This document shows positions 43,932-54,125 of a DNA stretch of 64,000 nucleotides, in pieces. A program made the translations under genes and the position numbers. The DNA comes from a candidate division FCPU426 bacterium (GTDB lineage: Bacteria; Oederibacteriota; Muellerivitia; Muellerivitales; Muellerivitaceae), in NCBI GenBank assembly GCA_963719085.1, contig CAVRAL010000004.1, forward strand, positions 64,001-128,000, read 5' to 3'. A model generated the notes under the pieces. It was given only the letters and a program-made list of their open reading frames with translations, was not told the origin of the DNA and did no database searches. Each line of letters starts with the position of its first letter. Within the stretch, counting starts at the first letter, position 1.

Positions 43932-44989
43932 CGGTTCCTCCTGAATGCCCGTTTCACCGCCCCTTCCACTAAATCAACACTCAAGTCGTTCATGCACTTG
44001 AAATGGCCCAGCGGACAGGAAGCGCGGCCATGGGCGTCGCAAGGCCGGCAGGTTAACCCTAAGTTTTCCACGACCGTATGCGGGCCCCAAGGAGCGAATC
44101 CCAAAGCGGGCGTCGTGGAGCCAAAAATCGCCACGACCCGCGCGCCCCGCCCCGAGGCCAAATGGGTCAACCCCGAGTCATTTCCGATAAAAAGATCGCA
44201 GCGGCCTAAAAGCGCGATGGACTGTTCCAAGCTTTGGTCTTCGGCCAAATTCAGGCCCCGCTCCAAGGGGGAGACCGTCATTTGGGATTGGATTTCCCGG
44301 ATGAGCGTCGCCTCCGCCCGACTTCCAAACCACAATAGCTTACAGCGGTCATCTTCCACCAAACGGGAGGCCAGCTCCGCGTAACGCTCCGGAAGCCATC
44401 GTTTGGTGGCCCACAAGGACCCCGGCCCGATCCCCACCACGGTCTGGGAGGGGGCGATGCGGCGGCGCTGCAAAAATTCCCGCAGGTAGCTCTCTCCTTT
44501 TCGGCCGACCGAAACCGTGAAGGGAACCCGAACCGGCATGGCGATTCCCAATTGTTCCAAAGGCTTCAGGTATTTTTGAATGGTGTGGAGGGACGGGGCT
44601 TTCCGCAGACGGTGCACGATCAGGCGCCGACTCACCGCCTCTTTATCGTAAATCAAAACTCGGGGTGGACGAAGGAACAGGGCCGCCAGATGGCTTCGAA
44701 GCGAGTCATGCAGGTCCAAAATCAGGTCAGGCTTGATTTCTTTCAGGCGGCGAAAATGGGCCCAAAGGCCGAATAATCCCTTGTTTTCCAACGGGATAAC
44801 GCCGGTGAGCGCCGGGTGATTTTCAATGGCCGGCGCGAAAACGGACTTGGTGGCAAAGTAGATGGAAGCGTTCGGAAAGGACCCGGCCAGCAAATCAATC
44901 GCCGGATTGGTGAGGGCCACGTCCCCCAGGGACGAGTAACGCAGAACCAAAATGCTTCGGGGCGTGGGCGGAGGATTCACGTTGGCCAA
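43928..44989 (-). CDS. Glycosyltransferase family 9
   Basis: RYSSLGDV, GPGSLWATKRW, GNDSGLTHLA, FGSTTP.LGF.P. Confidence 0.9.
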   Translation of the reverse strand: MANVNPPPTPRSILVLRYSSLGDVALTNPAIDLLAGSFPNASIYFATKSVFAPAIENHPALTGVIPLENKGLFGLWAHFRRLKEIKPDLILDLHDSLRSHLAALFLRPPRVLIYDKEAVSRRLIVHRLRKAPSLHTIQKYLKPLEQLGIAMPVRVPFTVSVGRKGESYLREFLQRRRIAPSQTVVGIGPGSLWATKRWLPERYAELASRLVEDDRCKLLWFGSRAEATLIREIQSQMTVSPLERGLNLAEDQSLEQSIALLGRCDLFIGNDSGLTHLASGRGARVVAIFGSTTPALGFAPWGPHTVVENLGLTCRPCDAHGRASCPLGHFKCMNDLSVDLVEGAVKRAFRRNR

Positions 44990-45010
44990 ATGTTTCTCAC
45001 CTTATCCATT

Positions 45011-46132
45011 TTAAGTTTTTGAGCTGGCCAGTGAGAGCGTTTTTAAAAGGGTTTCCCATTGAGCCTTGCCCCCGCTGACTTGCCATTCGATTTCGTGGAC
45101 CAGGATGGGAATTTCCAGCGTCAAATCCCGGGGCAGTTTAACCTCGTCCTTCTCCGTGGTCACCAGGTATTGAAGCCCCCGAAGTTTGGCGTCCGCCAGG
45201 ATTTCCTCGGTATTTTCCCGGGTATAAACAAAATGATCGGGAAAGTGATAAGCGTGCCGCACGAAAATTTTATCGTCGGCCAGGGTGCGCACCACCGATA
45301 AAGGATTTCCCACGCCCGAAAAAACGCCCACGGGCAGCCGGTCCAGGCTCGCGGGCTTCACTTCCTGGCCGGTCTTAAAATCTCGCAGCCGCAAAGAAAC
45401 ATACCGGGATTCCACCACGTAGGCCCGGGGGTTATGTTTTTGAAGCACGGTCCGGATATCCTCAACGCTTCGGGCCAGGTTGACCCGGTTGACCACGAAA
45501 AGGTTGGCTTCCGAAAGCGCGCTCAAGGGCTCCCGTAAAAGACCCGCGGGCAAAACCGCGCCCGTGCTGAAAGGATTGATGCCGTCGACCACCAAAATGT
45601 CCAGATCCCGGTGAAAATCAAACCGGCGCTGATAGCCGTCGTCGAGGATGAACAGATCGGGTTTGAAAATTTTAAGCGCCTCCAGCCCGCTTTGGTAGCG
45701 GTCCTTGCCCACCAACACCGCGGCCTTGGGAACTTTTTTGGCGATCAAAACAGGCTCATCACCCCCCTCGTCCGGCGTGACCAATAAATTTTTACCATCC
45801 GAAACCCATAAAAAAGGCGAGGCCTTTTTCGACCGGCCGTAGCCGCGGCTCAGGACCGCCACCCTTTTTCCCTGGGCGCAAAAATGACGGGCCAAGGAAA
45901 TCACCACCGGCGTTTTACCCGTCCCCCCCGTGGTGATGTTTCCCACGCTGATCACCGGGCAGGCGAGCCTGCGGCGCCGAAGCAGCCCGCCCCGGTAGGC
46001 CGTTTTTTTGGCGGTCCAGCCGGCCAAATAAAAATAAGAAAGGAATTTCAAAAAAGCCGCCAGGGCTTTTTGCGCGAAGGTTTTGGGCTTATCGTGCAGG
46101 AACTTCAGATAGGCTTCTTGAAAGCTTCCCAT
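45011..46132 (-). CDS. lpxK: Tetraacyldisaccharide 4'-kinase
   Basis: VISVGNITTGGTGKTP, SRGY, GDEP, LDDG, PAGLLRE, TTEKD. Confidence 0.95.
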   Translation of the reverse strand: MGSFQEAYLKFLHDKPKTFAQKALAAFLKFLSYFYLAGWTAKKTAYRGGLLRRRRLACPVISVGNITTGGTGKTPVVISLARHFCAQGKRVAVLSRGYGRSKKASPFLWVSDGKNLLVTPDEGGDEPVLIAKKVPKAAVLVGKDRYQSGLEALKIFKPDLFILDDGYQRRFDFHRDLDILVVDGINPFSTGAVLPAGLLREPLSALSEANLFVVNRVNLARSVEDIRTVLQKHNPRAYVVESRYVSLRLRDFKTGQEVKPASLDRLPVGVFSGVGNPLSVVRTLADDKIFVRHAYHFPDHFVYTRENTEEILADAKLRGLQYLVTTEKDEVKLPRDLTLEIPILVHEIEWQVSGGKAQWETLLKTLSLASSKT

Positions 46133-46180
46133 GGGACACCTTTTTTTCAGGTTGGACGCGGTCCGTAACGGGAACGGCGC

Positions 46181-47476
46181 CTATCGGCTCTTGATCCGCG
46201 CGTCCGGCAAGTAGGCTAAAACGGCCTTGAGATTTTTTTCTGTCGCGCCTTGAAGCGCTTGGACCGATTGCCGGGCCCTTTCTCCCGCGATCCGGGATGG
46301 AGCCGGGTCGATCAGCTTGGCCAAATCGGGAATTAATTCCCGCGCGCTCGATCCCTGAAAACCTCCGCCTTGCGCCAGCAAAACCTCCACCGCTTCCGAA
46401 ACATTTTGGGTATGGGGTCCAAACAACACCGGGACGGCGGAAAGGGCCGGTTCCATGACATTATGCCCGCCAATGGGCACCAGGGTGCCCCCCACGAAAG
46501 CCGCCCGCGATAAATGATAAGCTAAAGATAACTCCCCCACCGTATCCAACACAAGCACCCGCGTCGAAACATCGCCGGCGCGCGAGCGGCTTCGGAGCGC
46601 GCTCGCCACTTTCATGTCCGCCAGTTTTTTTTGAAATGGTTCGGCGTTTTTGATGTGGCGTGGCGCCAAGATAAGCTTCAGCTTTGGAAACCGGGCTAAA
46701 AGACCGGGAATCTCCGGAATCCACTGGTCCTCTTCCCCTTCGCGAAGGCTGCCCAGGGTAATGAGCTCATCCTCCGACCCCAAGCCTAAAGAAGCGCCCC
46801 ATTCCCTCGCCCGGGCGTCCGAAGGCGCCCGCAGGTCATATTTCATCTGGCCCATCACTTGAATTCTTTTTTCAGGGACGCCTAAGTCCATCAGCTTGTC
46901 CCGGTCCCCGGGGGTTTGAACCAAGCATTGGTTAAAACATTTGAGCGCCGGTCCAAAAAGACCCCGCAAATGCCGATAGGCAGGAAAACTTTTATCCGAA
47001 ACCCGGCCATTCACCAAAAGAATGGGTATCTGGTTTTGGAGCGCGCGAAACAGCCAATTAGGCCAAAATTCGGTTTCCGCGATAAGAATGATCGAAGGCC
47101 GGAACGCGCGGAAGGCCCGCCGCAAGGGCCTGGTCATATCCAACGGCGCTAAAAAAACAAAATCCGCCAATTTTTTCTCGATCGCCAATTTTTTTCCGGT
47201 CCGGGACGTGGTGGTCAAAACAAGCTTCACGCCGGGGCAAGCTTCCCGCAAGGCTTGGCTAAAGGAAAGCATGGCGTTCACCTCGCCCGCGGAAGCGGCG
47301 TGGATCCAAACGTTCTCCCCCAGGGCCAGAGGTTTCGTTTCTTCGGACGGATAAAAACCCAGGCGCTCCCGCGAGGGTTCTTTCGCGAAAAAACCGATGA
47401 GCCCCGCCAGCGGGTAAAGAAGATCGAGAACCCATTGGTATAAAGTGACCGTGGTTGTTTTTCGCTGGGAGGTCAT
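46181..47476 (-). CDS. waaA: 3-deoxy-D-manno-octulosonic acid transferase
   Basis: WIHAASAGE, ETEFWPN, APRH, DTVGEL, GGHNVMEPA. Confidence 0.95.
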   Translation of the reverse strand: MTSQRKTTTVTLYQWVLDLLYPLAGLIGFFAKEPSRERLGFYPSEETKPLALGENVWIHAASAGEVNAMLSFSQALREACPGVKLVLTTTSRTGKKLAIEKKLADFVFLAPLDMTRPLRRAFRAFRPSIILIAETEFWPNWLFRALQNQIPILLVNGRVSDKSFPAYRHLRGLFGPALKCFNQCLVQTPGDRDKLMDLGVPEKRIQVMGQMKYDLRAPSDARAREWGASLGLGSEDELITLGSLREGEEDQWIPEIPGLLARFPKLKLILAPRHIKNAEPFQKKLADMKVASALRSRSRAGDVSTRVLVLDTVGELSLAYHLSRAAFVGGTLVPIGGHNVMEPALSAVPVLFGPHTQNVSEAVEVLLAQGGGFQGSSARELIPDLAKLIDPAPSRIAGERARQSVQALQGATEKNLKAVLAYLPDARIKSR

Positions 47477-48138
47477 TCGGCTGTCTTTTCGCCGAAGTAT
47501 TTTTCCGCGACGCTTTGTATCCGGTCCATTTCACCCTGAATCTGGGTTAAATAGGCCTTGTCCTCGCCGCCTTCGACTGGAATCCGGATGGGCTCGCCAT
47601 AAACAAAGACCGCCCGGCTGAAGGGTTTGGGAATGATGAACCGGTCCCAGCTTTTTAAACGCCAGCATTTTTCCGCCTCAAAGGTAAAAGGCACTACGGG
47701 CCTTCCCGAAAGCCGGGCGATCGTCACCACTCCCGGTTTCAATTGCCGCCGCGGGCCCCGGGGGCCATCCGGCGTGATGGCCGACCGCTTTCCGTCTTTC
47801 AAGTTGTCCACCATCTCGGTCGCCGCTTCCTTGCCGCCCTTGGACGAGGAGCCCCGCACCGGCACATAGCCGAATAGTTTCGCGATGGTCGAGATCAGCT
47901 CCCCATCCCGGCTGGCCGAGATCATCACACGCACCTTTTGCCGCCGGTGGTACCAAACGCTCATTAAGATCGTCTCGTGCCAAAGCGCCCACAACGGGGG
48001 CTCTTCTTGTTTTCCCCGCGGGCCCAAGTCGCCCCGCCCCACTTCGCGGACGCGCAAGGTCAATCCCAATAAATAAATGAGGGGCGTCGCGATCAGCAGG
48101 ATAAGCCAATCGGTAGGTTTCAGGGAATAGGTCTTCAC
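47473..48138 (-). CDS. DUF374 lysophospholipid acyltransferase-family protein (possible lipid A secondary acyltransferase)
   Basis: WH, S.SRDGE, RGSS.KGG, ITPDGPRGP, WDRF..PKPF. Confidence 0.9.
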   Translation of the reverse strand: MKTYSLKPTDWLILLIATPLIYLLGLTLRVREVGRGDLGPRGKQEEPPLWALWHETILMSVWYHRRQKVRVMISASRDGELISTIAKLFGYVPVRGSSSKGGKEAATEMVDNLKDGKRSAITPDGPRGPRRQLKPGVVTIARLSGRPVVPFTFEAEKCWRLKSWDRFIIPKPFSRAVFVYGEPIRIPVEGGEDKAYLTQIQGEMDRIQSVAEKYFGEKTAE

Positions 48139-49289
48139 GAAAGCTCCGAAAGGAGCTTGAGCATTTCCCGGGCGGCCATCCGGGACGAGGACAGGGGCGT
48201 GGCCAAGCTTTCGCGGATGGACGCGAAGGAATTTAATTGGGCTTTGCGGACCTGATTGGAATCTAAGATTTTATTCGTTTCTTCCACCAAAAGCTCGACG
48301 GTGGCCCTTTCTTGCAAAAGTTCCGGAACCACCGGCTTGTCGGCCAGCAAATTGACCAATCCCACATAACGGATCTTTAAAAGCCGTTTGGCTAAGTAGC
48401 CTGTCAAAGCCGCGACCTTATAAACCAATACCATGGGCGTTCCCAGGAGGGCCGTCTCCAAGGTGCTGGTGCCCGACTTGACCCAAGCCAAATCGCAGAT
48501 TCGCCGCAAATCAAAAGCCGGGGCATCCACAAAAAAGAAAGGATCCCCGGGCTTCAGTCCCGGATAGTCCTCAAACTGAAGGGCCCGAGGCTTGGGAACC
48601 AAAAAAGCGGAGTCCGGATGGTTTTGGCGAACCCGACGGGCGGCTTCCAGGTAAAGGGGCCAGATTTTTTCCAACTCGCTTTTTCGGCTTCCCGGCATGG
48701 CGCTAATCAAGGGAAAATGGGAGGCGGGAATTCCGGCTTTTTTCAGCGCCGTCGATCGGGCCGGGCCCTCGGCGGAAACCTGTTCCATCAAGGGATGTCC
48801 CACATAAACGGCCGGCATGCCTTCCCGCTCAAAAAACTTTTTCTCAAACGGCAGGATCACCAAAAGTTTGCGGATGACTTGTTTCATGGTTTTCAACCTG
48901 TCCCGATGCCAGGCCCAAACCTGGGGCGCGATATAATAACAAACCGGGATTCCCAAGGCTTTCGCCCGTTTGGCCAGGCGCAGGTTGAAGCCCGGATAAT
49001 CCACCAGCCATAAAAAGTCGGGTTTTTCCTCTTTCAACCATTTTTCACATTGGGCAAAGCGGCGCCGAAGCAGGGGATAATGTTTTACCACCTCGACGAA
49101 CCCCATAATGGCCGGCTGGGTGAGATCCTCGCGGATATCCGCGCCGGCCGCCTTTAAGGCGGGGCCGCCCATCCCGAAAATTTTAATCTTTTTTCCCGAC
49201 CGCGCCAGCGCCCCCGCCACTTGGGCCGCGTGGATGTCGCCGGAAGGATCACCCGCCACCACCATAATTTTCTTTTTCAAAGGAGCCAT
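48135..49289 (-). CDS. lpxB: Lipid-A-disaccharide synthase
   Basis: AGD.SGD, DYPGFNL, PQVWAW, VGHPL, PGSR.SE, SGT.TLE, PELLQ. Confidence 0.95.
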   Translation of the reverse strand: MAPLKKKIMVVAGDPSGDIHAAQVAGALARSGKKIKIFGMGGPALKAAGADIREDLTQPAIMGFVEVVKHYPLLRRRFAQCEKWLKEEKPDFLWLVDYPGFNLRLAKRAKALGIPVCYYIAPQVWAWHRDRLKTMKQVIRKLLVILPFEKKFFEREGMPAVYVGHPLMEQVSAEGPARSTALKKAGIPASHFPLISAMPGSRKSELEKIWPLYLEAARRVRQNHPDSAFLVPKPRALQFEDYPGLKPGDPFFFVDAPAFDLRRICDLAWVKSGTSTLETALLGTPMVLVYKVAALTGYLAKRLLKIRYVGLVNLLADKPVVPELLQERATVELLVEETNKILDSNQVRKAQLNSFASIRESLATPLSSSRMAAREMLKLLSELS

Positions 49290-49301
49290 GGGCAAACGCG
49301 C

Positions 49302-50462
49302 CTAATAATCGACGGGCGCGGGAATGATGGTGAAGCGGAAACTGAAATAACCCAAAACCGCGTAGCCTTCATCCCATTTCTCATAGGCCAAGTTGAAGGC
49401 GAAAAGACCGTCAATCTTGCTGTTCAAAAGAATGGGATTGTGGTCCAGGAAAAAGGGTTTCCACAACTCAAACCGCACGTTGGTCCCGAGCATCTTTGTG
49501 TTAAATCCGGTGTAAAAGAGATAATCGGCCGAACTTCCCAGATCATCCGAAAGCTTCGCCGTGAACATGGGCAAAAGGTCGCCATAATTAAAATAAGGGA
49601 CAAAATTACCGAGACCGATTTTCGCGAAGGGGTCATGCAATCCCACCATCATGCCCGCGTGGACAGCCGAGTTATTGTCGATTTTTTTGCTGGCAACGGT
49701 GTAAAAGCCGCCCATGGAACTTCCGGACAGCTGGAAGCTGGAGGTCTGCTGGCCCGGCGACTGTCCGCTGGAACCGGCCGTGGAATCATCGCTCCCTCCC
49801 GAAATGAGCAGCGACAACATGGTCCCCGAGGCGATCGCCGGCATGTCCCCGTTCTCATCCACCCAGCCGTATTTAACATCGCTGGTCAAAAGCCAAAGCC
49901 GTAAGGGATTTAAAAAGTCGGTGCTTGACTCGCCTTTTTCGTGTTCGGCGATGGTCCCGATGAAATAAGAAAAGCTCAGATCCCAGTTCAAATCATTACT
50001 GTAAAACAAACCATTGGAATAAGCCGTGGGAAGCAAAGCCAGTCCGGAGCGGTCAATGGACGGCGTATTGGTGATCGTGGGCGTGGCCGTGTCCGGCGGA
50101 GTGATGGTTCCCGTGGGGGTAAAGGTGGAGGTCATGATCGGGGTCCAAGTGTCGGTCGGGGTTTGATTCAAACTGAAAAAATTGGGCGTGGGAGTGGCCG
50201 TATTGGTGGCCCAAGGGTCCCAGGTAAAGGTGTAAGTGGGGGTGGCGAAGGGGTTGAGGGTGCTGGTCGCCGTGGGCTCGGGCGAGAGCGATAAAGCCGG
50301 GGTCGGGGTCCCCGTGGGGCTTTGGGCCGGCGACGCTAGGGGCGAAAGGGTGGGCGCCGGGGTATTTTGCGCCCGGGCTCCGGAAGATAAAAGAAAAAGT
50401 CCCAGGCTAACGCAGGATATAAACCTTAACGTTCTTGCGGCCGAACTGGACGGCCTGCTCAT
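49302..50462 (-). CDS. Exported protein with short Thr/Pro tract and probable outer-membrane beta-barrel (YjbH-like) C-terminus
   Basis: Signal peptide ending GARA-Q; T/P stretch; amphipathic aromatic strands (GYAVLGYFSFRF). Start ATG 50462 overlaps the upstream gene, so it is uncertain. Confidence 0.6.
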   Translation of the reverse strand: MSRPSSSAARTLRFISCVSLGLFLLSSGARAQNTPAPTLSPLASPAQSPTGTPTPALSLSPEPTATSTLNPFATPTYTFTWDPWATNTATPTPNFFSLNQTPTDTWTPIMTSTFTPTGTITPPDTATPTITNTPSIDRSGLALLPTAYSNGLFYSNDLNWDLSFSYFIGTIAEHEKGESSTDFLNPLRLWLLTSDVKYGWVDENGDMPAIASGTMLSLLISGGSDDSTAGSSGQSPGQQTSSFQLSGSSMGGFYTVASKKIDNNSAVHAGMMVGLHDPFAKIGLGNFVPYFNYGDLLPMFTAKLSDDLGSSADYLFYTGFNTKMLGTNVRFELWKPFFLDHNPILLNSKIDGLFAFNLAYEKWDEGYAVLGYFSFRFTIIPAPVDY

Positions 50463-51237
50463 AAGTGTCGAAACAAAGGTCAATGCGGTTTCCTTTAATG
50501 GCGCCGCCCACATCGCCCGCGATGGCGTAGCCGTAGCCTTCCACATACAACGGCGTCTTGAGCCGGATCACTTTCGGATCCACCGCCGCAACCCCGTAGC
50601 CCGCCTTCAAATGGGTGGAAGTATAACCCGAAGCGTAGGGCCAGGTGTCTTCCGGACCCGGATAATAAGCGCTGGCGTTCATCGTCAGGGTCTTTTTCAC
50701 CCGGGCCCGTTTGGCAAGCCGGTACATCTTCTGGCGAAGGGACGTGCCTTCCAATACTTTAGCATTCTTGGGCGCCACCAGCAGGTTGGATTTTAACACC
50801 TTCTCGAAGGCTTCTTCCCCGTTGAGAAAGAAAGATTCGGTGGTCTGTTCTTCCTGCCCATCCTGGCCCTGCTGAACGTCGATAATCTCGCCCACATCCA
50901 GGTCGTCCGTGTAATCCACCATCACCGGATGGACCACGGTCTTTTTGAAATCCTTTTCGCGGCGCTCCACCAACCCGAGGTCGATTTCCATCCCCTCGGT
51001 CACAACCGCGTCGAGGGGCGGCACCACCACATCCTCGGGTTTGAGCTCGATCCCGTGGTCTTTCAAGACCCCCGCCACCGTGGCGGCGGAGGTCGCCAGA
51101 TCGGTTTCTTTCGCCCCTTGAAACAGCGCCACATGCCAAACCGGCCCGCGGGACTTGAACCAAAACCAAAAGCCCAAAGCGCCTAAGACCCCCAAGGTTA
51201 AGACGGCCCAAGCCAGCTTTTGTTTTAGTTTATTCAT
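50407..51237 (-). CDS. DUF348 + G5 + 3D-domain cell wall protein (YabE-like)
   Basis: N-terminal TM; TVAGVLKDHGIEL.PEDVV.P; ASAY, AVDPKVI.L, AGDVGGAIKGNRIDL. Confidence 0.9.
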   Translation of the reverse strand: MNKLKQKLAWAVLTLGVLGALGFWFWFKSRGPVWHVALFQGAKETDLATSAATVAGVLKDHGIELKPEDVVVPPLDAVVTEGMEIDLGLVERREKDFKKTVVHPVMVDYTDDLDVGEIIDVQQGQDGQEEQTTESFFLNGEEAFEKVLKSNLLVAPKNAKVLEGTSLRQKMYRLAKRARVKKTLTMNASAYYPGPEDTWPYASGYTSTHLKAGYGVAAVDPKVIRLKTPLYVEGYGYAIAGDVGGAIKGNRIDLCFDTYEQAVQFGRKNVKVYILR

Positions 51238-51328
51238 TTAAAGCCCAAAAGCAAAAGAGATGGTCCCCAAAAGACGGATCCGAGGGTTAAAGGGTCGAAA
51301 AACCGGCTCATCCGGAAACGGTCCAAAC

Positions 51329-51895
51329 TCATCCGTTTTTAAGGAAATTACCCAAAAGGGCTTTCCCCGATTCGGTCAAAATCGACTCCGGATGGAATTG
51401 GACCCCTTCGACCGCCAGGGTCTTATGACGCACGCCCATGATCTCGCCATCCTCGCTGGTGGCGGTCACTTCCAAAACGTCCGGAAGACTTTGCTTTTCA
51501 ATGACCAAGGAATGATACCGAGTCGCCTTGAAAGGATTGGGCAGCCCCGCGAAGACGCCCTTGCCGTCGTGGGTGATCTGGCTGGTTTTCCCGTGCATCA
51601 GCTTTCCCGCGCGAATAATGTTTCCCCCGAAAGCGTAACCGATGCTTTGGTGCCCGAGACACACGCCCAAGATCGGCACCTTGCCCGCCAATTGGCGGAT
51701 CGTGTCCACCGAGATGCCCGCTTCTTTCGGCGAACAGGGCCCCGGCGAGATTAAAATTTGGTCGGGTTGTCTTTCCAAAATCTCCGGCACGGTCACTTCG
51801 TTGTTTCGCACCACTTGGATGTCCGCGCCCATTTCGCCGAGGTATTGAACCAAGTTATAGGTAAAAGAATCGTAGTTATCGATGACCAGGATCAT
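51329..51895 (-). CDS. trpG: Anthranilate/aminodeoxychorismate synthase component II
   Basis: [36 protein letters not shown] overlap with trpE. Confidence 0.93.
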   Translation of the reverse strand: MILVIDNYDSFTYNLVQYLGEMGADIQVVRNNEVTVPEILERQPDQILISPGPCSPKEAGISVDTIRQLAGKVPILGVCLGHQSIGYAFGGNIIRAGKLMHGKTSQITHDGKGVFAGLPNPFKATRYHSLVIEKQSLPDVLEVTATSEDGEIMGVRHKTLAVEGVQFHPESILTESGKALLGNFLKNG

Positions 51896-53559
51896 TTCGA
51901 ACCGCCTTTCCGGGCAGCTTTCGTGGAACTTTTTGATTTCGGTTTGTGATTGGCCGTCCTTGGCGCCTGCCACAACATTGGTTTACTGGTAACGGGACCG
52001 CCCTTGGGCGTAGCGCCTTGGCGGTAAAATTGGTTTTCCGCTTGATGAATCGCCATCAGCACCGCCCGGGCCTTATTGCAGGATTCCAAATATTCGCTTT
52101 CCGAAACCGAGTCCGCTACCAATCCGGCTCCCGCCTGGACATAGGCGGTGAGTTTGCCCGAGCCCTTCGGCTTCAAAACCGCCGAGCGGATCGTAATGGC
52201 GGAGTCCATATTGCCGTCAAACCCAAAGGCCACCACGGCGCCGCCGTAAATCCCGCGTTGGGACGGTTCCAGTTCCTCGATAATTTCCATCGCACGGATT
52301 TTGGGCGCGCCCGAGAGGGTTCCCGCCGGAAAGCAGGATTGAAAGGCGTCAAAAGCGCTTTGGCCCTTTGCTAATTTCCCCGTGACCTCGGAAACAATGT
52401 GCATGATATGGGAATAACGCTCGACCCTTTTAAACTGCGGCACCTGGACGGTTCCGAAATCGCAGACCCGGCCCAAATCGTTGCGGGCCAAATCCACCAG
52501 CATGACGTGCTCGGCCAATTCCTTTTCGTCCTTTAAAAGGTCCTGTTCCAGTTTCAAATCTTCCGCCGGGTTTTTCCCCCGAGGGCGGCTTCCGGCGATC
52601 GGCCGGGTTTCCACCAAACCTTGTTGGACCTTGATGAACATCTCGGGCGAGGAACCCACCACTTCCACCCCTTCCAGCTTCAAGAGGAACATGTAAGGCG
52701 AGGGGTTCAAGCGGCGCAGGATCCGGTAAATGGTCACCGCGTCTGTCTTGACGTCTTTCTCAAATCGCTGGGAGCCCACCACCTGGATAATGTCCCCGGC
52801 GCGGATATATTCTTTCGATCCATCCACCATCCGGCCGAAAGCTTTGGGATTGCTGTTGGACTTAAAACCAAACAAGGTGTCGGCGCCCGATTTGTTCTCG
52901 GCCGCGGGCGCCACCGGAATTTCGGCGAAACCCTTTAAAGGTTTGGCCAGTTCCTTGTCCAAGCGGGTAATTTCTTTCACCGCCTTGGCATAGGCCTTGG
53001 CCGGGGAAATCTTCGGATCCACCGCCACGTTCACCACAATCCGGAGCGTGCGTTTGAGATGGTCGAACAAAACCAATTGATCGGTGGTCAAAAGATAAAG
53101 ATCGGGGATCTTCAGCACATCGGGCTTTCGCGCGGGCAGTTTCTCAAAATAACGCACCGCGTCGTAACCGATATAGCCGACCAGACCGCCTAAAAATCCG
53201 GCGTCGAGTAAAGGCGCTTGCTGGGTGGCGCCCATTCTATTTTTAATCTCTTGGAGCGGGTTTTTGGAGGCGAGGGTCTTGACGATCTTGCCCCGCCGGT
53301 GTTTTAAGAGGCCGTTTTTGGCCTCGAAAATTTCGGACGGGTTGAAGCCTACGATGGAATAGCGCGCCAACTGCTCGTTTTTTTCCACGCTTTCCAAAAG
53401 AAAGGCGTTTTTTCCCCGGCCCAATTTCAGATAAGCCGAAAGCGGCGTTTCCAGATCGGACTGAAGGGTCAGAAAAACCGGAATCCGGTTATAGTCCCGG
53501 GACAGTTTCGTAAATTGGTCAAGTGAGGGGGTAAGGTTGGAAGCGATGGGGGTTTTCAT
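51892..53559 (-). CDS. trpE: Anthranilate synthase component I
   Basis: Trp feedback motifs LLES and [32 protein letters not shown]. Confidence 0.93.
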   Translation of the reverse strand: MKTPIASNLTPSLDQFTKLSRDYNRIPVFLTLQSDLETPLSAYLKLGRGKNAFLLESVEKNEQLARYSIVGFNPSEIFEAKNGLLKHRRGKIVKTLASKNPLQEIKNRMGATQQAPLLDAGFLGGLVGYIGYDAVRYFEKLPARKPDVLKIPDLYLLTTDQLVLFDHLKRTLRIVVNVAVDPKISPAKAYAKAVKEITRLDKELAKPLKGFAEIPVAPAAENKSGADTLFGFKSNSNPKAFGRMVDGSKEYIRAGDIIQVVGSQRFEKDVKTDAVTIYRILRRLNPSPYMFLLKLEGVEVVGSSPEMFIKVQQGLVETRPIAGSRPRGKNPAEDLKLEQDLLKDEKELAEHVMLVDLARNDLGRVCDFGTVQVPQFKRVERYSHIMHIVSEVTGKLAKGQSAFDAFQSCFPAGTLSGAPKIRAMEIIEELEPSQRGIYGGAVVAFGFDGNMDSAITIRSAVLKPKGSGKLTAYVQAGAGLVADSVSESEYLESCNKARAVLMAIHQAENQFYRQGATPKGGPVTSKPMLWQAPRTANHKPKSKSSTKAARKGGSK

Positions 53560-53621
53560 ACACTAAACTCCTTCAAAGTGAATTTTGAGTCCAAAGACAG
53601 ACGGCATCAACAGCCAAGCGT

Positions 53622-53681
53622 TTAGAAACGCCAGCGGGAGCCGCGCCAAGGGTTCAAATTCAAGTTGAAAGAAGCTTTCAT
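53622..53681 (-). CDS. Putative trp leader peptide MKASFNLNLNPWRGSRWRF
   Basis: 19-aa ORF whose ATG overlaps the hisI stop (ATGA). Two Trp codons; directly upstream of trpE. Confidence 0.7.
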   Translation of the reverse strand: MKASFNLNLNPWRGSRWRF

Positions 53682-54064
53682 TTATGGCCGTAAACCTTTT
53701 CGGGATCGAATATCTTGACCCCAACGTCTTTCCATTGGTCGTTGGATAATTCGTTGAAGAAGCAGGACCGGTTGCCCGTGTGGCAGGCCGCGTCCCCGAC
53801 TTGCTCTATTTTTACCAGAACCACGTCCTTGTCGCAATCGGTATAAAGGGACTTGAGCTTCTGCACATTGCCCGATTCCTCGCCCTTTTTCCATAATTTC
53901 TTACGGCTGCGGCTCCAATAGGTGACATTGCCCGTGGCAATGGTATGCTCCAGCGCTTCCCGGTTGGCGAAGGCGAACATCAGGATTTCACCGGTCTTGT
54001 GGTCCTGCGCGATGACGGGAATAAGCCCGTCTTCTTGGAATTTTAAAGTGTCAATAAAGCTCAT
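53678..54064 (-). CDS. hisI: Phosphoribosyl-AMP cyclohydrolase
   Basis: GLIPVIAQD, YWSRSR..LW.KGE.SG, DCD.D, ACHTG.RSCF. Confidence 0.96.
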   Translation of the reverse strand: MSFIDTLKFQEDGLIPVIAQDHKTGEILMFAFANREALEHTIATGNVTYWSRSRKKLWKKGEESGNVQKLKSLYTDCDKDVVLVKIEQVGDAACHTGNRSCFFNELSNDQWKDVGVKIFDPEKVYGHK

Positions 54065-54125
54065 GACAGCCTCCCAGCGGTGGAATAGGTGGGTTAAGGT
54101 AAGCTTTTCAGTCCGGAAAAACCAG

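Noticed and set aside
51238..51328. c-di-AMP (ydaO) riboswitch before the 3D-domain gene
   Set aside because: The spacer is only about 90 nt and lacks the conserved motifs.
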